This document shows, piece after piece, positions 14,082 through 28,080 of a DNA stretch of 64,000 nt. Made by a program: the position numbers and the translations under genes. Each line of letters starts with the position of its first letter. Position 1 is the first letter of the stretch. The notes under the pieces are model-generated. The model made no database searches, was not told the DNA's origin, and saw nothing but the letters and a program-made list of their open reading frames with translations. This DNA comes from Octopus vulgaris. Its lineage: Eukaryota. The stretch is from the NCBI GenBank assembly GCA_951406725.2, contig OX597825.1, positions 51,212,001 through 51,276,000 of the forward strand. The letters are read 5' to 3'.

Positions 14082-14457
14082 GTGTGTGTGTGTACATGCA
14101 ACTAAGTGAGAGTGTAGTTTTATTCAAAACTGATTCTGAATGAGCAGCGATAGGAAGGTAGTTACTCCCTATAATAAGGTAGGATAATGATGAATTATGT
14201 AGAATATCATCAAATGGATATAGGTGATGGTGAACCCGCCGTACAATTAGATTTCTGTTCACAGGTTATGTTACGGTGCTAGTTGTTTACAGTTCACGGG
14301 GCTTATTCTGTGGTTTGGAGTGTTTATTATGGTTATGATATTACCCATATACTATACGCAAATATGGATTATTTTAAATTGTACATGCTGAATAATTTAT
14401 ATGATTTGGTCTTATGGAAGATCATTTTAAGATATTGTTGGCATTTGATATATTATT

Positions 14458-14692
14458 AAGGCAGCGAATTAGCACAATTGATAGAATGCCGAGCGAATTG
14501 CCATGCGGCGTTTCGTCCGCCTATAGTTCTGAGTTTAAATTCTGCCGAGGCCGACTTTGCCTCTTGTCAATTTAGGGCCGATAGAGTAAGTACCTATTGA
14601 ACACTGGGCTCGATGGAATCAGCTAAGCCCTTCTCCCATAACTAATGATCTTGTGACAAAATTTCGAACTAACTTTAGATATATCATTGAAG
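14458..14692 (+). mobile_element. SINE family B (diverged)
   Basis: Shares GTTCTGAGTTYAAATTC..CGAGG.CGACTTTGCC...TAAGTACC...ACTGG body with copies at ~17170-17310, 41960-42110, 54050-54250, 55186-55290 and 60520-60735. Confidence 0.65.
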
Positions 14693-14788
14693 TTGTATGT
14701 ATGGCTGAACCAGGCACTCACATAGACCCGCAAAGAAATGTGCGCTCTTGTAGTACGAGCGTAAACATTACACACACACACACACACG

Positions 14789-14845
<57 letters not shown>

Positions 14846-15371
14846 GTATCTGTTCCTCTCACGTGATCGCTGCTCGTTCAAGCATGATCTTTCTTTCTTG
14901 ACCTGACGGCTGCTCGCATAGCACCTTATTTTCTTGTCTTCTGACTTTCATCTATGTTTGTTGTCGCAAGGCTTCCACTTCACACGCCAGCTTAACCCAA
15001 ATTGTCCTTTTAGTCGAAAGACACCTGTTGTTATTCTTTTTGTTTGTATTAGTAATCGTGTAATATTCTCGTTTTCTTTTTGTCCATGTTGTCACACGTA
15101 TTCGCTTGATTTCTGTCACAAATATTATGCCCTTAGCTTAAATTTTTGGGGCCTACCAATTTTGAACAGTCTCAAGTGTAACAGGCGGAAATTGTAATGA
15201 TGATTGGAAACTTGACTGGTGAACAGAAAGCCACAAATGTTCCGTCTTGCTTTTCCTGTCCGTCTTTGTACCGTCCATCTGTCCGTATGTTTTTATTGTT
15301 GTCCGTCACGTTCTCGTCCCGTTTATACGTAGATATATGCATACACACACATATATATATGTATGTATATA

Positions 15372-15575
15372 CGAGGGAGTGCAGGAAAGTTCGTGGAGTT
15401 AAGGCCGGGTTGGAAGCCTAACATTTCGAGTTATTTTACAGGAGCTTAGAAAAACTGAAGAACCGCTGCAATAGGTGTGTGAATCTGAGAGGGGAATATG
15501 TTGAATAAAATCATGTTTATCCGATTTGCCTGTATATTCTTTTACTCAATTCCAGGAATCTTTCAGTATCCCTCG
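15372..15575 (+). mobile_element. Internally deleted mariner (MITE-sized)
   Basis: Imperfect TIRs CGAGGGA...TCCCTCG with TA flanks; retains transposase C-terminus FYRSLEKLKNRCNRCVNLRGEYVE*. Confidence 0.85.
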
Positions 15576-15768
15576 TATATATATATATAAATATATATCT
15601 ATCAATCTATCTATATATCTATCTATCTATCTATCTATCTATATATCTATCTATCTATCGATCTATCTATCTATCCATCCATCCATCCATCCATCCATCC
15701 TTCCATCCATCCATCCATCCATCCATTCCTCCATCCGTCCATTCATCTATCTATCTATCTATCTATCT

Positions 15769-15823
<55 letters not shown>

Positions 15824-15825
<2 letters not shown>

Positions 15826-16835
15826 ATGGAATTTAACGCAGGCGTAATTCAAATTCTTTTACTTCCACCACATGTTTCGAAGATATCACTGATATTATTC
15901 CAAAGGAATAAAATGGTGTAAAACAATGTAACCTTGTCTTCAGAGAAGTGGAAGAATGAAACTCGTCAATAAGACATTTTAACAGAAAAGGATAAATATG
16001 CATAGTGATTAACTGAACGCTAATAATATTGTTTGAAAAAACGTTATATGATATAACGTCAGAAATAGCCAATAGAAAGAGAAGGGATAAATTAAAGAAA
16101 AACTAAATAAATGAGAAGTATATGACTATATGTATATTAAATAAAACCTTATATACTAGGAAAATATATATTTAGTGAATGTGAAATATAAAAAGAAAAT
16201 TAATGTTTAAATTATATATATATAATGATAGAGATCACTTATATGAACTAAAGGTGTGTTTTTGCCAATGTTTACAACGGTACGCACACTCTATAACCGT
16301 GTTTACTATGGGATTTTTAGAAAAAATAATGAAAAATATTTCAGAATTACAGAGAAGATAGAATTCCTTGCCTTTGTCATAAAGTATCGAGATTGAGAGA
16401 AACAATCCATCTACGTTAAACTGTTTATTGTGGCCTTTTCGATCCCAAATTAATTTACTGAGCCCTGTACTGTTACGTTTATTCCTATCCCTAAATGTCG
16501 TGTAGTGATTAGAAATCCTTTTAGATAACTGTAAAGACTTGTTTCCAATATAAAAAATTACTTGATCATGAGTAGTAATTTTACACTGGTATATAGAATT
16601 TTTAATTTTAGAGTTACTTGACATAAACTTGATTCTGTTGGAATTGACTTCAAATACAATAACCTTGTTATTAATATTTCTGGAGGGACGGATGGTATTA
16701 GCTAAATTAATGTTAGTATTAGTAGATGTATTAATATTTAACAGGTTGTTATTATGTGAAGAGATAATTTGTAAGAGATTTTTAGTTTGGGAAAAACCAA
16801 TCTTAACCATATGAGTTGTTACCAAGGGAAAAATA
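15824..16835 (-). mobile_element. 5'-truncated Penelope-like element (GIY-YIG endonuclease + pLTR) embedded in (TA)n
   Basis: ORF 16235-16830 gives VKIGFSQTKNLLQIISSHN, SIYQCK...FYIG...RISNH...NSTGLSKLIW...LCNSE...CKH (GIY-YIG of PLEs); hammerhead motif in the 3' region; (TA)n on both sides. Confidence 0.85.
15862..15954 (-). ncRNA. Degenerate hammerhead ribozyme in PLE pLTR
   Basis: Minus strand CTTCCACTTCT-CTGAAGA-[long stem II]-GAAACATGT-G-GTGGAAG; palindromic ACATGT stem III; the cleavage triplet is GUG, probably inactive. Confidence 0.6.
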
Positions 16836-16840
16836 CACAC

Positions 16841-16890
<50 letters not shown>

Positions 16891-17169
16891 ATATCGCATA
16901 AAAGGATAGCATATGAATACACAGGAAATTCATACAAACAATATGATATACCGTCCAAAAAGTATAACAATTTCTTGCCTTTAAAGATAAGACTGTTCAA
17001 TTAGGTGGCATCAACACCAATAAGCTGCTCGAAATAAGTGAAGGTATAGAATGGATGATGACGAAAACAAGCAAATGATACACACGTACAGACTGAGAAA
17101 TGATGCATTCACAGTTTTTTACATACAAATAAACATGCACATTCCGCCATCCTACCCTGCACGTTTATA

Positions 17170-17310
17170 CTTGAGAGGTGGGCATGTGAAATGCTTAGCG
17201 ATATTTCTTCCGTCTTTATGTTCTGATTTCAAATTCCGGTGAAGCTGTTTACCTTTCATCCCTTTCGGGGTCAATAAAATACGTACCAGTTAAATACTGG
17301 GTTTGATTTA
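17170..17310 (+). mobile_element. SINE family B fragment
   Basis: GAAATGCTTAGCGATATTTCTTCCGTC...GTTCTGATTTCAAATTCC...CCTTTCGGGGTCAATAAAATACGTACCAGTT matches other family B copies. Confidence 0.55.
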
Positions 17311-18501
17311 ATATATATAGATATATATATGAAACACTATATTGATGTTTTTGTGCGCACGTTGTCACATAAATATGTATAAATGAGTGTGTGTGTGTGT
17401 ATCCCACCCCAACTGTGTTATTGTTTACTTGACTCGGAACCTTCCTGTCGTCTGGATCTGGAGACTGAAATCAAAGTGGAATATGTGCAGTGAGTGTACT
17501 ACGGTATGACTTTGATGTTACCGTGATTCAGTCAGTAACTTGTGGATATGTGCATAACTGGAAGGATAAACCCGTATTTACTCTAGTAATTACGTATATG
17601 TGTGTATACATTGTCGGTACACAGGTACGCTATCCCCGAATCTAACTTGGTGCTTTTACTGTAGAAAAAGAGATTTTGTGGTTGGGAACTGAAACTAACT
17701 AATTTGTGGGTTCATATATTTTAAATCTGTTGCAGTTGTGTTTCAGCGAGAACATTGAATTCAGTACCAATTTTTCTTATGTAATACATATCCCAATAGT
17801 GTGTTGTATCATTCCATTTATCCATTTGTTAGGTACCGGAAGAATAGCTTTGAATGCGATAAATCGTTTTCCTATCCAGGAGCTACATACCTAACTTCAC
17901 ACTGTGAAACTAGAGTTTTGTATGGTATTTGCACTCCAGTTTTGAAGTTGTCCTTGTCATAATAGACAACATAAATAAATGAAAATTACTTGATTACTTA
18001 CTCTCGCATCTGAACCCGAGGCCCAGTAGATACATATTTTTTGTAGCGAGATTGTTTCCTGCTGTTAATATTGGTTAGAATTAGTTATAAGTTATATTGA
18101 GTCGTAATCATGCTCTAGACTCCTTTGCAAACGGATTAACCTAATCATCTAAAGTAGAACTCGACTGTATTTGGTTGCAAATTAAATTGTATACGGTGTA
18201 ATAGTTTGTATTAATTGTGTGCAATTGACTTATAACAACAACCAGTACACCGTTAATATCCTGGAGTAACGTCACACTTACAGGATCGATAACAAATGTA
18301 TAGTAAAGTTTGGACACCATAAGTAATGAACTGAAAACAGAAGTATCTCAATATTCATGCTACGAAAATGACAAAATATTATCTTAATGACTGCTATTAA
18401 TTTACTGCAATCTTAACACGTAAGGAAGACTATTGTAAATATATTTTGGTATAAGGAGACATCTGCAGTGAAGTATTTGTTTGTTGTTGATATATACTGA
18501 T

Positions 18502-19087
18502 AGGATATCTCTTAGCTGGTGTGCAATGAAAGCAATTAAACATTTTCATAATTATCTAACCAAATTGCTCATCGCCCATACAGATAATATACCAAAAGAG
18601 CTGGAATTTACTCATTATAAGTATACTTTGTCTCCTTTTTCTCAGGATACAAACAACTCCCAACTCACAATCTACTTTCTTAAATAAGGGTATACAGATT
18701 TAATAAAGAAAACGATGGAGTGGCTATGGCTGCCTGTTTGACGAGAGTTCAGCAGGATACGGGATGACATAGAAGTAAAAGACAACAGCCTATTCATCGT
18801 CAAAAGAAAAAACTTGGGAGAAAAAATAGAGAATTGTATGGGGAATCTGAATGTCTGATTAAATATCTTGTGTGATGTCTCGTAACTCAGTGTTCTGGTT
18901 TCTGATTCCGCTGTGATCCATTTTACGACTGACTTTCGATAAAGCAAAAATTAATGTTTTCTTTGTATCTATGCTCAATAGTTTAGATTATGTATCACCG
19001 AGGCGAAAATCGAAGCGGACAACAATATATATATATATGTATATCTATCTGTCTATCTATATATCTATCTATCTATCTATCTATCTA

Positions 19088-19143
<56 letters not shown>

Positions 19144-21071
19144 GAGAGAGAGAGAGAGAAAGATAGAGAGAGAGAGACGGTAACGTTATTTTGCCACTAT
19201 AATATGGTTGTTCTATAAAGATCTATGTTACTACATTTTAACCGCAAGAAAGCGTCTTTTCCAGTTGGCTAATGACATGCAAACTGTGTCCGATATATTG
19301 TGAGTAAGGGAGTAAATCACTCCCCTCCAGGTTGGCAAGACCAGTAGACCATGGTTTCTGGGTCTGTAATCTGTTTGCCATCTTTATCCAAAGCCATTTA
19401 GGTGATCTCTTCTCAGATTCAGCAATGGACGTTATGGGTATTCTCTTTGCAACATTAATAACCTCAACATCAGTAAAATCCTTGTAGAGTGAATACTTCA
19501 GAAAATCCTGTCAAATTCCTTTGATTACCTCGCAACATGTCTGCTAGTCCTATTTCCTGCTCTGATCTAAATTTACCAGGAATCTGGCAAGCATTCTTTC
19601 TGGAACTACCTCCATTTATTCTTCACAGAAGGTAGCCACTTCACAGAGGAGAGATTGTTGGAATCTGAGATTAGGCGGAGTGACATTGACACGAAATGCT
19701 CTTGACTTTGGACCTTTAACTATTCAACTATTCACAGTCGTTCACATATAAGTGAACTGGACTTCTCTCCAGCCCTAGATAAAAATGATGGCTTTCTTCT
19801 GAGTTTTTCATTTTTTCTTTTTTACCGGAATTAGTAATGGTTATTTTTTTATCATCTCGTCAACCACATTAACTATCTAATCATGTCGCCAGTAGTAGCA
19901 ACCATCGGCAAAAGCTGTTGAGAAGCTGAAGGACCCTGTTGCAGTACACAAAGGATAAGTGAGTGCTTTGATCGCTGCCCTACGCAGTAACGTGTCGTAG
20001 ACACTCTGGAGCATAAATCTGACGATTTGGAAGGCAGCCCGCCAGAGAATTTAGCAAGTGGTATTCGCCTCCTCTATGTTAAAGAACCTCTTCCACCAGC
20101 TTGTGTGACAGAGACATGTAAGTATTTGCGAGTTTCCACCAGAGAAACACCTGATCTCCTTTGCTTTACTTGGTTCTTCTTAAGATTGGCGTCACTATCC
20201 CTCACAACAGTCAAGTAGATAGTAAGATATAACCTCATTATAGATGCCATATGTGTTGAGCGGAAAGAAATGGTAGCTGCAGATCTGCTTTAATGTCTGT
20301 TAATAGAACTTGTTTTCCATCTATTTTTGCTTCCATCAATCTAAGTATGTAATTCCATCACTATACGATTTTAATTTCATTACAGTACACATGTTTTTAC
20401 TTCTGCTCGTATATATATATTATATCTCTCTCTGTACATATTTAATTCCGTCAGAGTACGGTCTTAAGGATATCTCTTAGCTGGTGTGCAATGAAAGCAA
20501 TTAAACATTTTCATAATTATCTAACCAAATTGCTCATCGCCCATACAGATAATATACCAAAAGAGCTGGAATTTACTCATTATAAGTATACTTTGTCTCC
20601 TTTTTCTCAGGATACAAACAACTCCCAACTCACAATCTACTTTCTTAAATAAGGGTATACAGATTTAATAAAGAAAACGATGGAGTGGCTATGGCTGCCT
20701 GTTTGACGAGAGTTCAGCAGGATACGGGATGACATAGAAGTAAAAGACAACAGCCTATTCATCGTCAAAAGAAAAAACTTGGGAGAAGAAATAGAGAATT
20801 GTATGGGGAATCTGAATGTCTGATTAAATATCTTGTGTGATGTCTCGTAACTCAGTGTTCTGGTTTCTGATTCCGCTGTGATCCATTTTACGACTGACTT
20901 TCGATAAAGCAAAAATTAATGTTTTCTTTGTATCTATGCTCAATAGTTTAGATTATGTATCACCGAGGCGAAAATCGAAGCGGACAACAATATATATATA
21001 TATGTATATCTATCTGTCTATCTATATATCTATCTATCTATCTATCTATCTATCTCTCTCTCTCTCTCTCT

Positions 21072-21115
<44 letters not shown>

Positions 21116-22444
21116 CAGAGAGAGAGAGAGAAAGATAGAGAGAGAGAGAGAGACGGTAACGTTATTTTGCCACTATAATATGGTTGTTCTATAAAGATCT
21201 ATGTTACTACATTTTAACCGCAAGAAAGCGTCTTTTCCAGTTGGCTAATGACATGCAAACTGTGTCCGATATATTGTGAGTAAGGGAGTAAATCACTCCC
21301 CTCCAGGTTGGCAAATCCAGTAGACCATGGTTTCTGGGTCTGTAATCTGTCTGCCATCTTTATCCAAAGCCATTTAGGTGATCTCTTCTCAGATTCAGCA
21401 ATGGACGTTATGGGTATTCTCTTTGCAACATTAATAACCTCAACATCAGTAAAATCCTTGTAGAGTGAATACTTCAGAAAATCCTGTCAAATTCCTTTGA
21501 TTACCTCGCAACATGTCTGCTAGTCCTATTTCCTGCTCTGATCTAAATTTACCAGGAATCTGGCAAGCATTCTTTCTGGAACTACCTCCATTTATTCTTC
21601 ACAGAAGGTAGTCACTTCACAGAGGAGAGATTGTTGGAATCTGAGATTAGGCGGAGTGACATTGACACGAAATGCTCTTGACTTTGGACCTTTAACTATT
21701 CAACTATTCACAGTCGTTCACATATAAGTGAACTGGACTTCTCTCCAGCCCTAGATAAAAATGATGGCTTTCTTCTGAGTTTTTCATTTTTTCTTTTTTA
21801 CCGGAATTAGTAATGGTTATTTTTTTATCATCTCGTCAACCACATTAACTATCTAATCATGTCGCCAGTAGTAGCAACCATCGGCAAAAGCTGTTGAGAA
21901 GCTGAAGGACCCTGTTGCAGTACACAAAGGATAAGTGAGTGCTTTGATCGCTGCCCTACGCAGTAACGTGTCGTAGACACTCTGGAGCATAAATCTGACG
22001 ATTTGGAAGGCAGCCCGCCAGAGAATTTAGCAAGTGGTATTCGCCTCCTCTATGTTAAAGAACCTCTTCCACCAGCTTGTGTGACAGAGACATGTAAGTA
22101 TTTGCGAGTTTCCACCAGAGAAACACCTGATCTCCTTTGCTTTACTTGGTTCTTCTTAAGATTGGCGTCACTATCCCTCACAACAGTCAAGTAGATAGTA
22201 AGATATAACCTCATTATAGATGCCATATGTGTTGAGCGGAAAGAAATGGTAGCTGCAGATCTGCTTTAATGTCTGTTAATAGAACTTGTTTTCCATCTAT
22301 TTTTGCTTCCATCAATCTAAGTATGTAATTCCATCACTATACGATTTTAATTTCATTACAGTACACATGTTTTTACTTCTGCTCGTATATATATATTATA
22401 TCTCTCTCTGTACATATTTAATTCCGTCAGAGTACGGTCTTAAG
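18502..22444. repeat. Near-identical head-to-tail tandem duplication, unit ~1.97 kb
   Basis: 18502-20466 is repeated at 20467-22444; the ORF track shows duplicate ORFs offset by 1965 and 1976 bp; few substitutions plus a microsatellite length difference. Confidence 0.97.
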
Positions 22445-23451
22445 TTCGTTTCTTTACGGTTTTAATCCCATCACTATTTGCGTTTCTAGTTCTGTCCGTT
22501 TGTGCCTCTCATTTCGTTACATTTGGTTTTGGTTCTTACGGTCTTAGCTTCTTTACTTCCCGTTTAAATTCCATCTAATTGTGCTCTTGTTTCGTTACAT
22601 TTCGTTCCGACAGAGATCGATGTCCATAATATCTCTTGAGTATCGACAAAAGAAACACGAAAGAAGTACAGTGGTCAGTTTCAAAGAATCGAGATCGTGT
22701 TTTCTACAAATTCGTGGAGTTCTGCCAATTTTAGAAATCAATATGATTCTAGACTTCCAAAAATATTTTTCTTAACTCTATGATTTAATTCAAAATGAAA
22801 ATAGGAAAAAAAAATCAATGACAAAACATTAACATATAATCCTATTTATAGTGTGAGAGTCTGATAGCAATCCACTGTTTTATATCCATGGCATTCATTG
22901 AATTTTCTTAACCCTTAATTAATGTTGTGATGACCCCTGCTGTCAAACAGGTCGATGTTATGTTTTGCAATTTAGAGAACACGACAGAACTGATAAATAT
23001 TTGAATAATACCAAAAATAGTTACAAGAGAAGTTTTATTCAAATGAAACTGATATAATAAATTGTTCAGTTCATGACTACGATTTTATATCAATAATCTA
23101 AGGAAAGCGATATGAATCATTTTCTTATGAGGCAACAAATCTGATTAAATTGTTGTTTTTATAAAAAGCAATCGGACAGCATATCACTTCTAGATTTTGT
23201 TTCTCAAGTTAATTATAAATATACTCATATATGGTATCGGTCATTGCGGTAGATATGTGGAATTACGGGGAGACATTCAAATATAAGTTACATTTAATTT
23301 TTTTGCTCTTTTCAAAATAACGTAGACACATACTTATTTGAAAAAAATTGCTCTAGAACGTTAAATCGAAAAAGTTGTCTGTAAAACTCATTCATTCACA
23401 CGCACATAAATAACACACACACACACACATACACTCACTCACACACACATA

Positions 23452-23473
23452 TATGTATATATGTATATGTATG

Positions 23474-23527
<54 letters not shown>

Positions 23528-23581
23528 CATACACATATACATACATACATACATACATACATACATACATACATACATACA

Positions 23582-23613
<32 letters not shown>

Positions 23614-23643
23614 AATATATATATATATATACACGCATATATA
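23452..23643. repeat. (TA)n/(TACA)n microsatellite
   Basis: Directly visible. Confidence 0.95.
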
Positions 23644-25259
23644 GACACACACTTCTGTTGTTGTAGTTATCCCAAATGAATTTTCAGTAGACAATTTTCA
23701 CGAAACAATTATCACGAAACAAATTTAAATGAATCTTTTTTTACAGCTGCCAGTATCAAATCTCTATTGGTGGCACAATGATACAAGCAGAGTAGCGACC
23801 ATGTATTGGCCAAAGGGCCTGAAACTGATGAGAAAGACAGGAATAAATAAATAAATACATAAATAAATAAATAAAGAATAAAAATGGAATATGTAGAGTT
23901 TACTCTATGATCGGAGGCATTCATAAAAAATTTGCAACACAGGAAACTTCACTAGAATTAAGAATTTTCTCAGTTTCTGATACCAAATTCTACGTGCAGG
24001 GTTTGGAAGGCTCCAAGAATATGATAGAAGCCATATGACCGTTGGAGGGGAGTCCGTAATAATGTGATTGCGAAGCAAGTAAATTCAACAAATCGATCGC
24101 GCAATACTAGTTATAACATTTAAATATACTTCACACATATTTTTCTATGAAAATCAAAATATTAACAGAAGTACATCTCATGTCCAGACCTCAGTAGGTT
24201 AAGGAAATGATAATGAATATGTGTGCATCTGCGTCTGTGTGCATGTTATATGTGGGATTGTGCGCGTGCTTCATGCCTTCTGACGAGCCTAGTAATGACA
24301 ATGGAATAAAATGTCTAAAGATTGAATCTGATTTATGAATACATTTCACTGAGATTAAACTTGTTGGTGAATAGAGCTTGTCATATGATATATCGTTTCT
24401 GTTTAACTCGCGGCAAAAATGAAATATAAAGACAGCAATGTGAAAGCAATGTTTAAATACGCCAAACGAGATGAGTTGTAATATTGTTTGGTTGTTAACT
24501 TGATTTATATCTAGAGGTCAGTTAACAACTCGTAATACACTAAGATTATTTCAGCTTTATGAATTATTAATACATATTTTATGTACGTTAATATACAGGT
24601 TATTAATGTATTTAATATACTGATGATAATACTACAACTTGACGAGTCGGCATAATATCTTGCTTGCTGGACAAAGCAGAGATTTGTTTCTATCATAGCA
24701 ATAGTTCTAAGTCGTGTTACTTATCAATATATATATATATAATATATACAATTAGATGGTGCAGCTCAGAAATAGTGAGTAATTGACCAATATTTGGCAA
24801 CTTATTCCAGCGGTTACAATTTCCCCCTTGTGTATATTGTAAATAGATATGTGTTCTACAAAGATTGTCTGTATTATATTGTTTTCATCGAGATAAAGAC
24901 ATTCTCTTGTGCATCTACAGCTGATTGGCTTATGGGACACACCAAAAACTAAACAATTTCAAGATTTTCTTGTTATTTTTAGCCTATAACTTACAAGAAT
25001 TTTCATTTAGGTGTTCTCTAAGTATCCACGAAGAAATTTAATCTTATTATCTCAGTATCATTTATTTTAGCAAATAATGTAGAGAATTACCGATAGATGC
25101 CTTTATAAAACATCTATTTATGCATGTAGATATGTAGGTATATATGGGTAAGTGTATATCTACTGCATATGTGGAAAATCGGTGTGTCTTTGTGACATTG
25201 TTAGCTAACTCTTCCAACATCGCTTTACTGATTTTGTTGAAACTTGACACGCGAGTAAA

Positions 25260-25673
25260 ACTCATGTCTGGAAACCTCGTGACATACTTAGATTGTTGAA
25301 AGAAATCGATAATACGGCCCCTTGAAGGGACCATGATATCTACCTCATATAACTATTTTTTTTAACGCCCAAAGGAAATAACCCATACCACCTGCAGAAT
25401 ATTGATTTTAAACACTCAAGGGAAATAACCTATTTCATTATTTATGTTCGATTACTTTGAATATTGATTTTTGTGTGTGTCCAATTTCTAAGTTTTGCAA
25501 ATGATATCACTTTTATACTTTATTTGAGTAGTACTCATGTCTGGAAAACTCGTGACATACTTAGATTGTTGAAAAAATCGATAATAAGGCCCTCCAATGG
25601 ATCATTCTCTATACTACATATTACTAATATTTTATTTAAATAACCCAAAGGAAATAATCCATACCACCTGCAG
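25260..25673. repeat. Diverged direct repeat, ~138-bp copies, period ~273 bp
   Basis: ACTCATGTCTGGAAAMCTCGTGACATACTTAGATTGTTGAAA...CCAAAGGAAATAAYCCATACCACCTGCAG at 25260-25397 and 25533-25673. Confidence 0.85.
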
Positions 25674-26129
25674 GTTTTAACGTAGCGATCATTATTTGAT
25701 TGTCATGATCAACCGACCTAATTCTGCATTTCACTACTCTCAGTTTTGAACTGCACTTCCTTAATTTGAATCTTAAACTTTAAAGACTTCATTCATACAT
25801 TTCTATACATATTTACTTTTTTAATGCCCATTACTCCGATAAATCTGCATTTTTACAGTTACACTTTTTCCATGACAGTAGAAAATTTTTTTATTCCAAA
25901 ACGTATTGGTAGAGGCTTCATGCAGGCATAGCGTGGATTCGATCCGCGATTGCTAAATTTCACTTAACATTTCAACAGCGCTTTTCTCACAATAATTTTG
26001 CTGTGAATGCCAGCAGTTATACATTTCCCAGATGCCTTTGGTAAGCATGCCTTTGCCACTTCTAGGCCACCAGGGGCTGGATTGAGATAATTGAAAAATT
26101 TGGAGTGAAGAAGAAGGAGAAAATATTGG

Positions 26130-26372
26130 ACTTTTATTTATTATTCGCTACAAATGTTTCGACGCAACATAGTTCTCCAAGAATACAGGTACTTGATTAT
26201 GCAGCTGTTTGTTTGCATAATGGGATCTCGTGTTACCGCATGCGACATGCGAGTTTTATGTCCGTTAGTTTAAAATCTTCTACTTTAAGGCCATCTCTGT
26301 TTATCGTGGTTTGAATTTATTAGCGGCTTGCACACACATGGTGCAAGGCCGCGTTTGTCGGACGGCTATGTA
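26130..26372 (-). repeat. Dispersed repeat copy (same family as 28538-28780, opposite strand)
   Basis: TTTATTTATTATTCGCTAC...GTTTCGACGC...GATTATGCAGCTGTTTGTTTGCATAATG...TATTAGCGGCTTGCACAC is the diverged reverse complement of 28538-28780. Confidence 0.75.
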
Positions 26373-26851
26373 TGGCAGTGGATGGTACTGGCTGGTATTT
26401 AAATGTTCTTCTATTTGGCTGTATCTCTTATTTATTCTTCATGGTTGGCTGTACATGTTAATTTCTAAAGCTGTCCGTTAGTATTCAGTTGCCGGATACA
26501 TACACACATACCCACACAGATACTCACAGATATACTCTCACTCACAAACCCGTGTATATATGCCTTTATATGCTCATACATGCACCCACATATACACACA
26601 TGCACATACATTCCCGTACCTACGCATATATACAGTCCATTTATAGGCAACTATACATATACATACATGTGCGTTCATATATACATACTCCGATCAACAT
26701 ATACACCTACCTACTTATATGCATATTTCTACTTCCATTTTCGGGTATATAAATGCATATCGACATAAATACACATAGTTGAGTAAACCCAGCACTTCGA
26801 CTTGCACATATATATAGTGAAGCGGGTGTGAATATACACATGCTTACTAGC

Positions 26852-26889
<38 letters not shown>

Positions 26890-26892
26890 GTA

Positions 26893-26932
<40 letters not shown>

Positions 26933-27032
26933 CACACGCACGTATCTCTCTACTTAACTCTAAACTTACGTGCTGTCTCTCACACGATCACTGACATAGA
27001 TGTAGATATACATAGATATGTGTATATACATA

Positions 27033-27079
<47 letters not shown>

Positions 27080-27127
27080 CCACATACTCACACATATACT
27101 CATACACATCCATATGTAGATAAACGT

Positions 27128-27826
27128 CTACATATACGCGATTTGCGATGGACAAAACACATTGCTAATATTACCAAGAAAGCTGAGGTGTCTTGGCATC
27201 ACTTACCAAGTCCCTTGTGAGCCGCTCTCCGGCTATCTATCTGAGGCTTTATATAGCTATGGTGCGCCTCACCTGGAATTTGTATCACCGGTCTGGAACC
27301 GCTCTCTTGCCCAACTTTTCAGCGACGTGCAACCAAGAGAATACCCTCCATCAGGCACTTGCCATATTCTGAACGCCTTACTTCCCTGGGCATGGATACA
27401 TTGAAACTCCGACGTCTGTCAACTGACTTGGCAGACACCCATAAAATTATTAGCAATCTTACTAACAATAACTCTGAGCACCTTTTAAAACTCCACCTGT
27501 CTAACACCCGTAGACATGTCTACAAAGTTAGAAAACAGCACAGTTCCCATGAATTTCACGTTAAGTGTTGCTGAATTATGGAACAAACTGCCGGCATCAG
27601 TTGTTAGTTATCGGAGCGCTGTATCCTTCAAAACTTCCATGTTTCCTGAGATTCACCAACACTACGTCTGACTTTCTCCCCTCCATACGCACGCAAGCAT
27701 GTATCTGACTTATACACTGTTCACTCTCCAGAAATTTGTGCATTACTGCATATGCTTTATACGCACTTTTGACAAGTTGTGGTGCACCTGAGCACTGGAT
27801 ACAATAATTTCATTATTTTATTTTAA
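27128..27826 (+). mobile_element. CR1-like LINE 3' fragment
   Basis: DLRWTKHIANITKKA, PHLEFVSPVWN, PYSERLTSLGMDTLKLRRLSTDLADTHKII motifs, then a 3' UTR ending in an ATT-rich tail. Confidence 0.85.
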
Positions 27827-27880
27827 TATATATGTATACATATATATACATACACACATATACATACACATACACACACA

Positions 27881-27932
<52 letters not shown>

Positions 27933-27960
27933 CACACATATATATATATGTATATATCTA

Positions 27961-28027
<67 letters not shown>

Positions 28028-28080
28028 GTTTAAATATTTGTTGTGCAAGATTTTTTATGTGAAGTCGTGTGTTGAAACAG

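Noticed and set aside
19240-20260. Higher-complexity sequence inside the duplicated unit, possible decayed LINE ORF1
   Set aside because: The frames examined are interrupted by stops and no diagnostic motif could be recognised.
22445-22610. Short degenerate repeats (TACGGTCTTA, TTTCGTTACATTT) as a CRISPR-like array
   Set aside because: Irregular spacing, few degenerate copies and a eukaryotic context with no cas genes.
24272-24310. CTGACGA followed by a short GCC stem candidate
   Set aside because: No GAAA box downstream.
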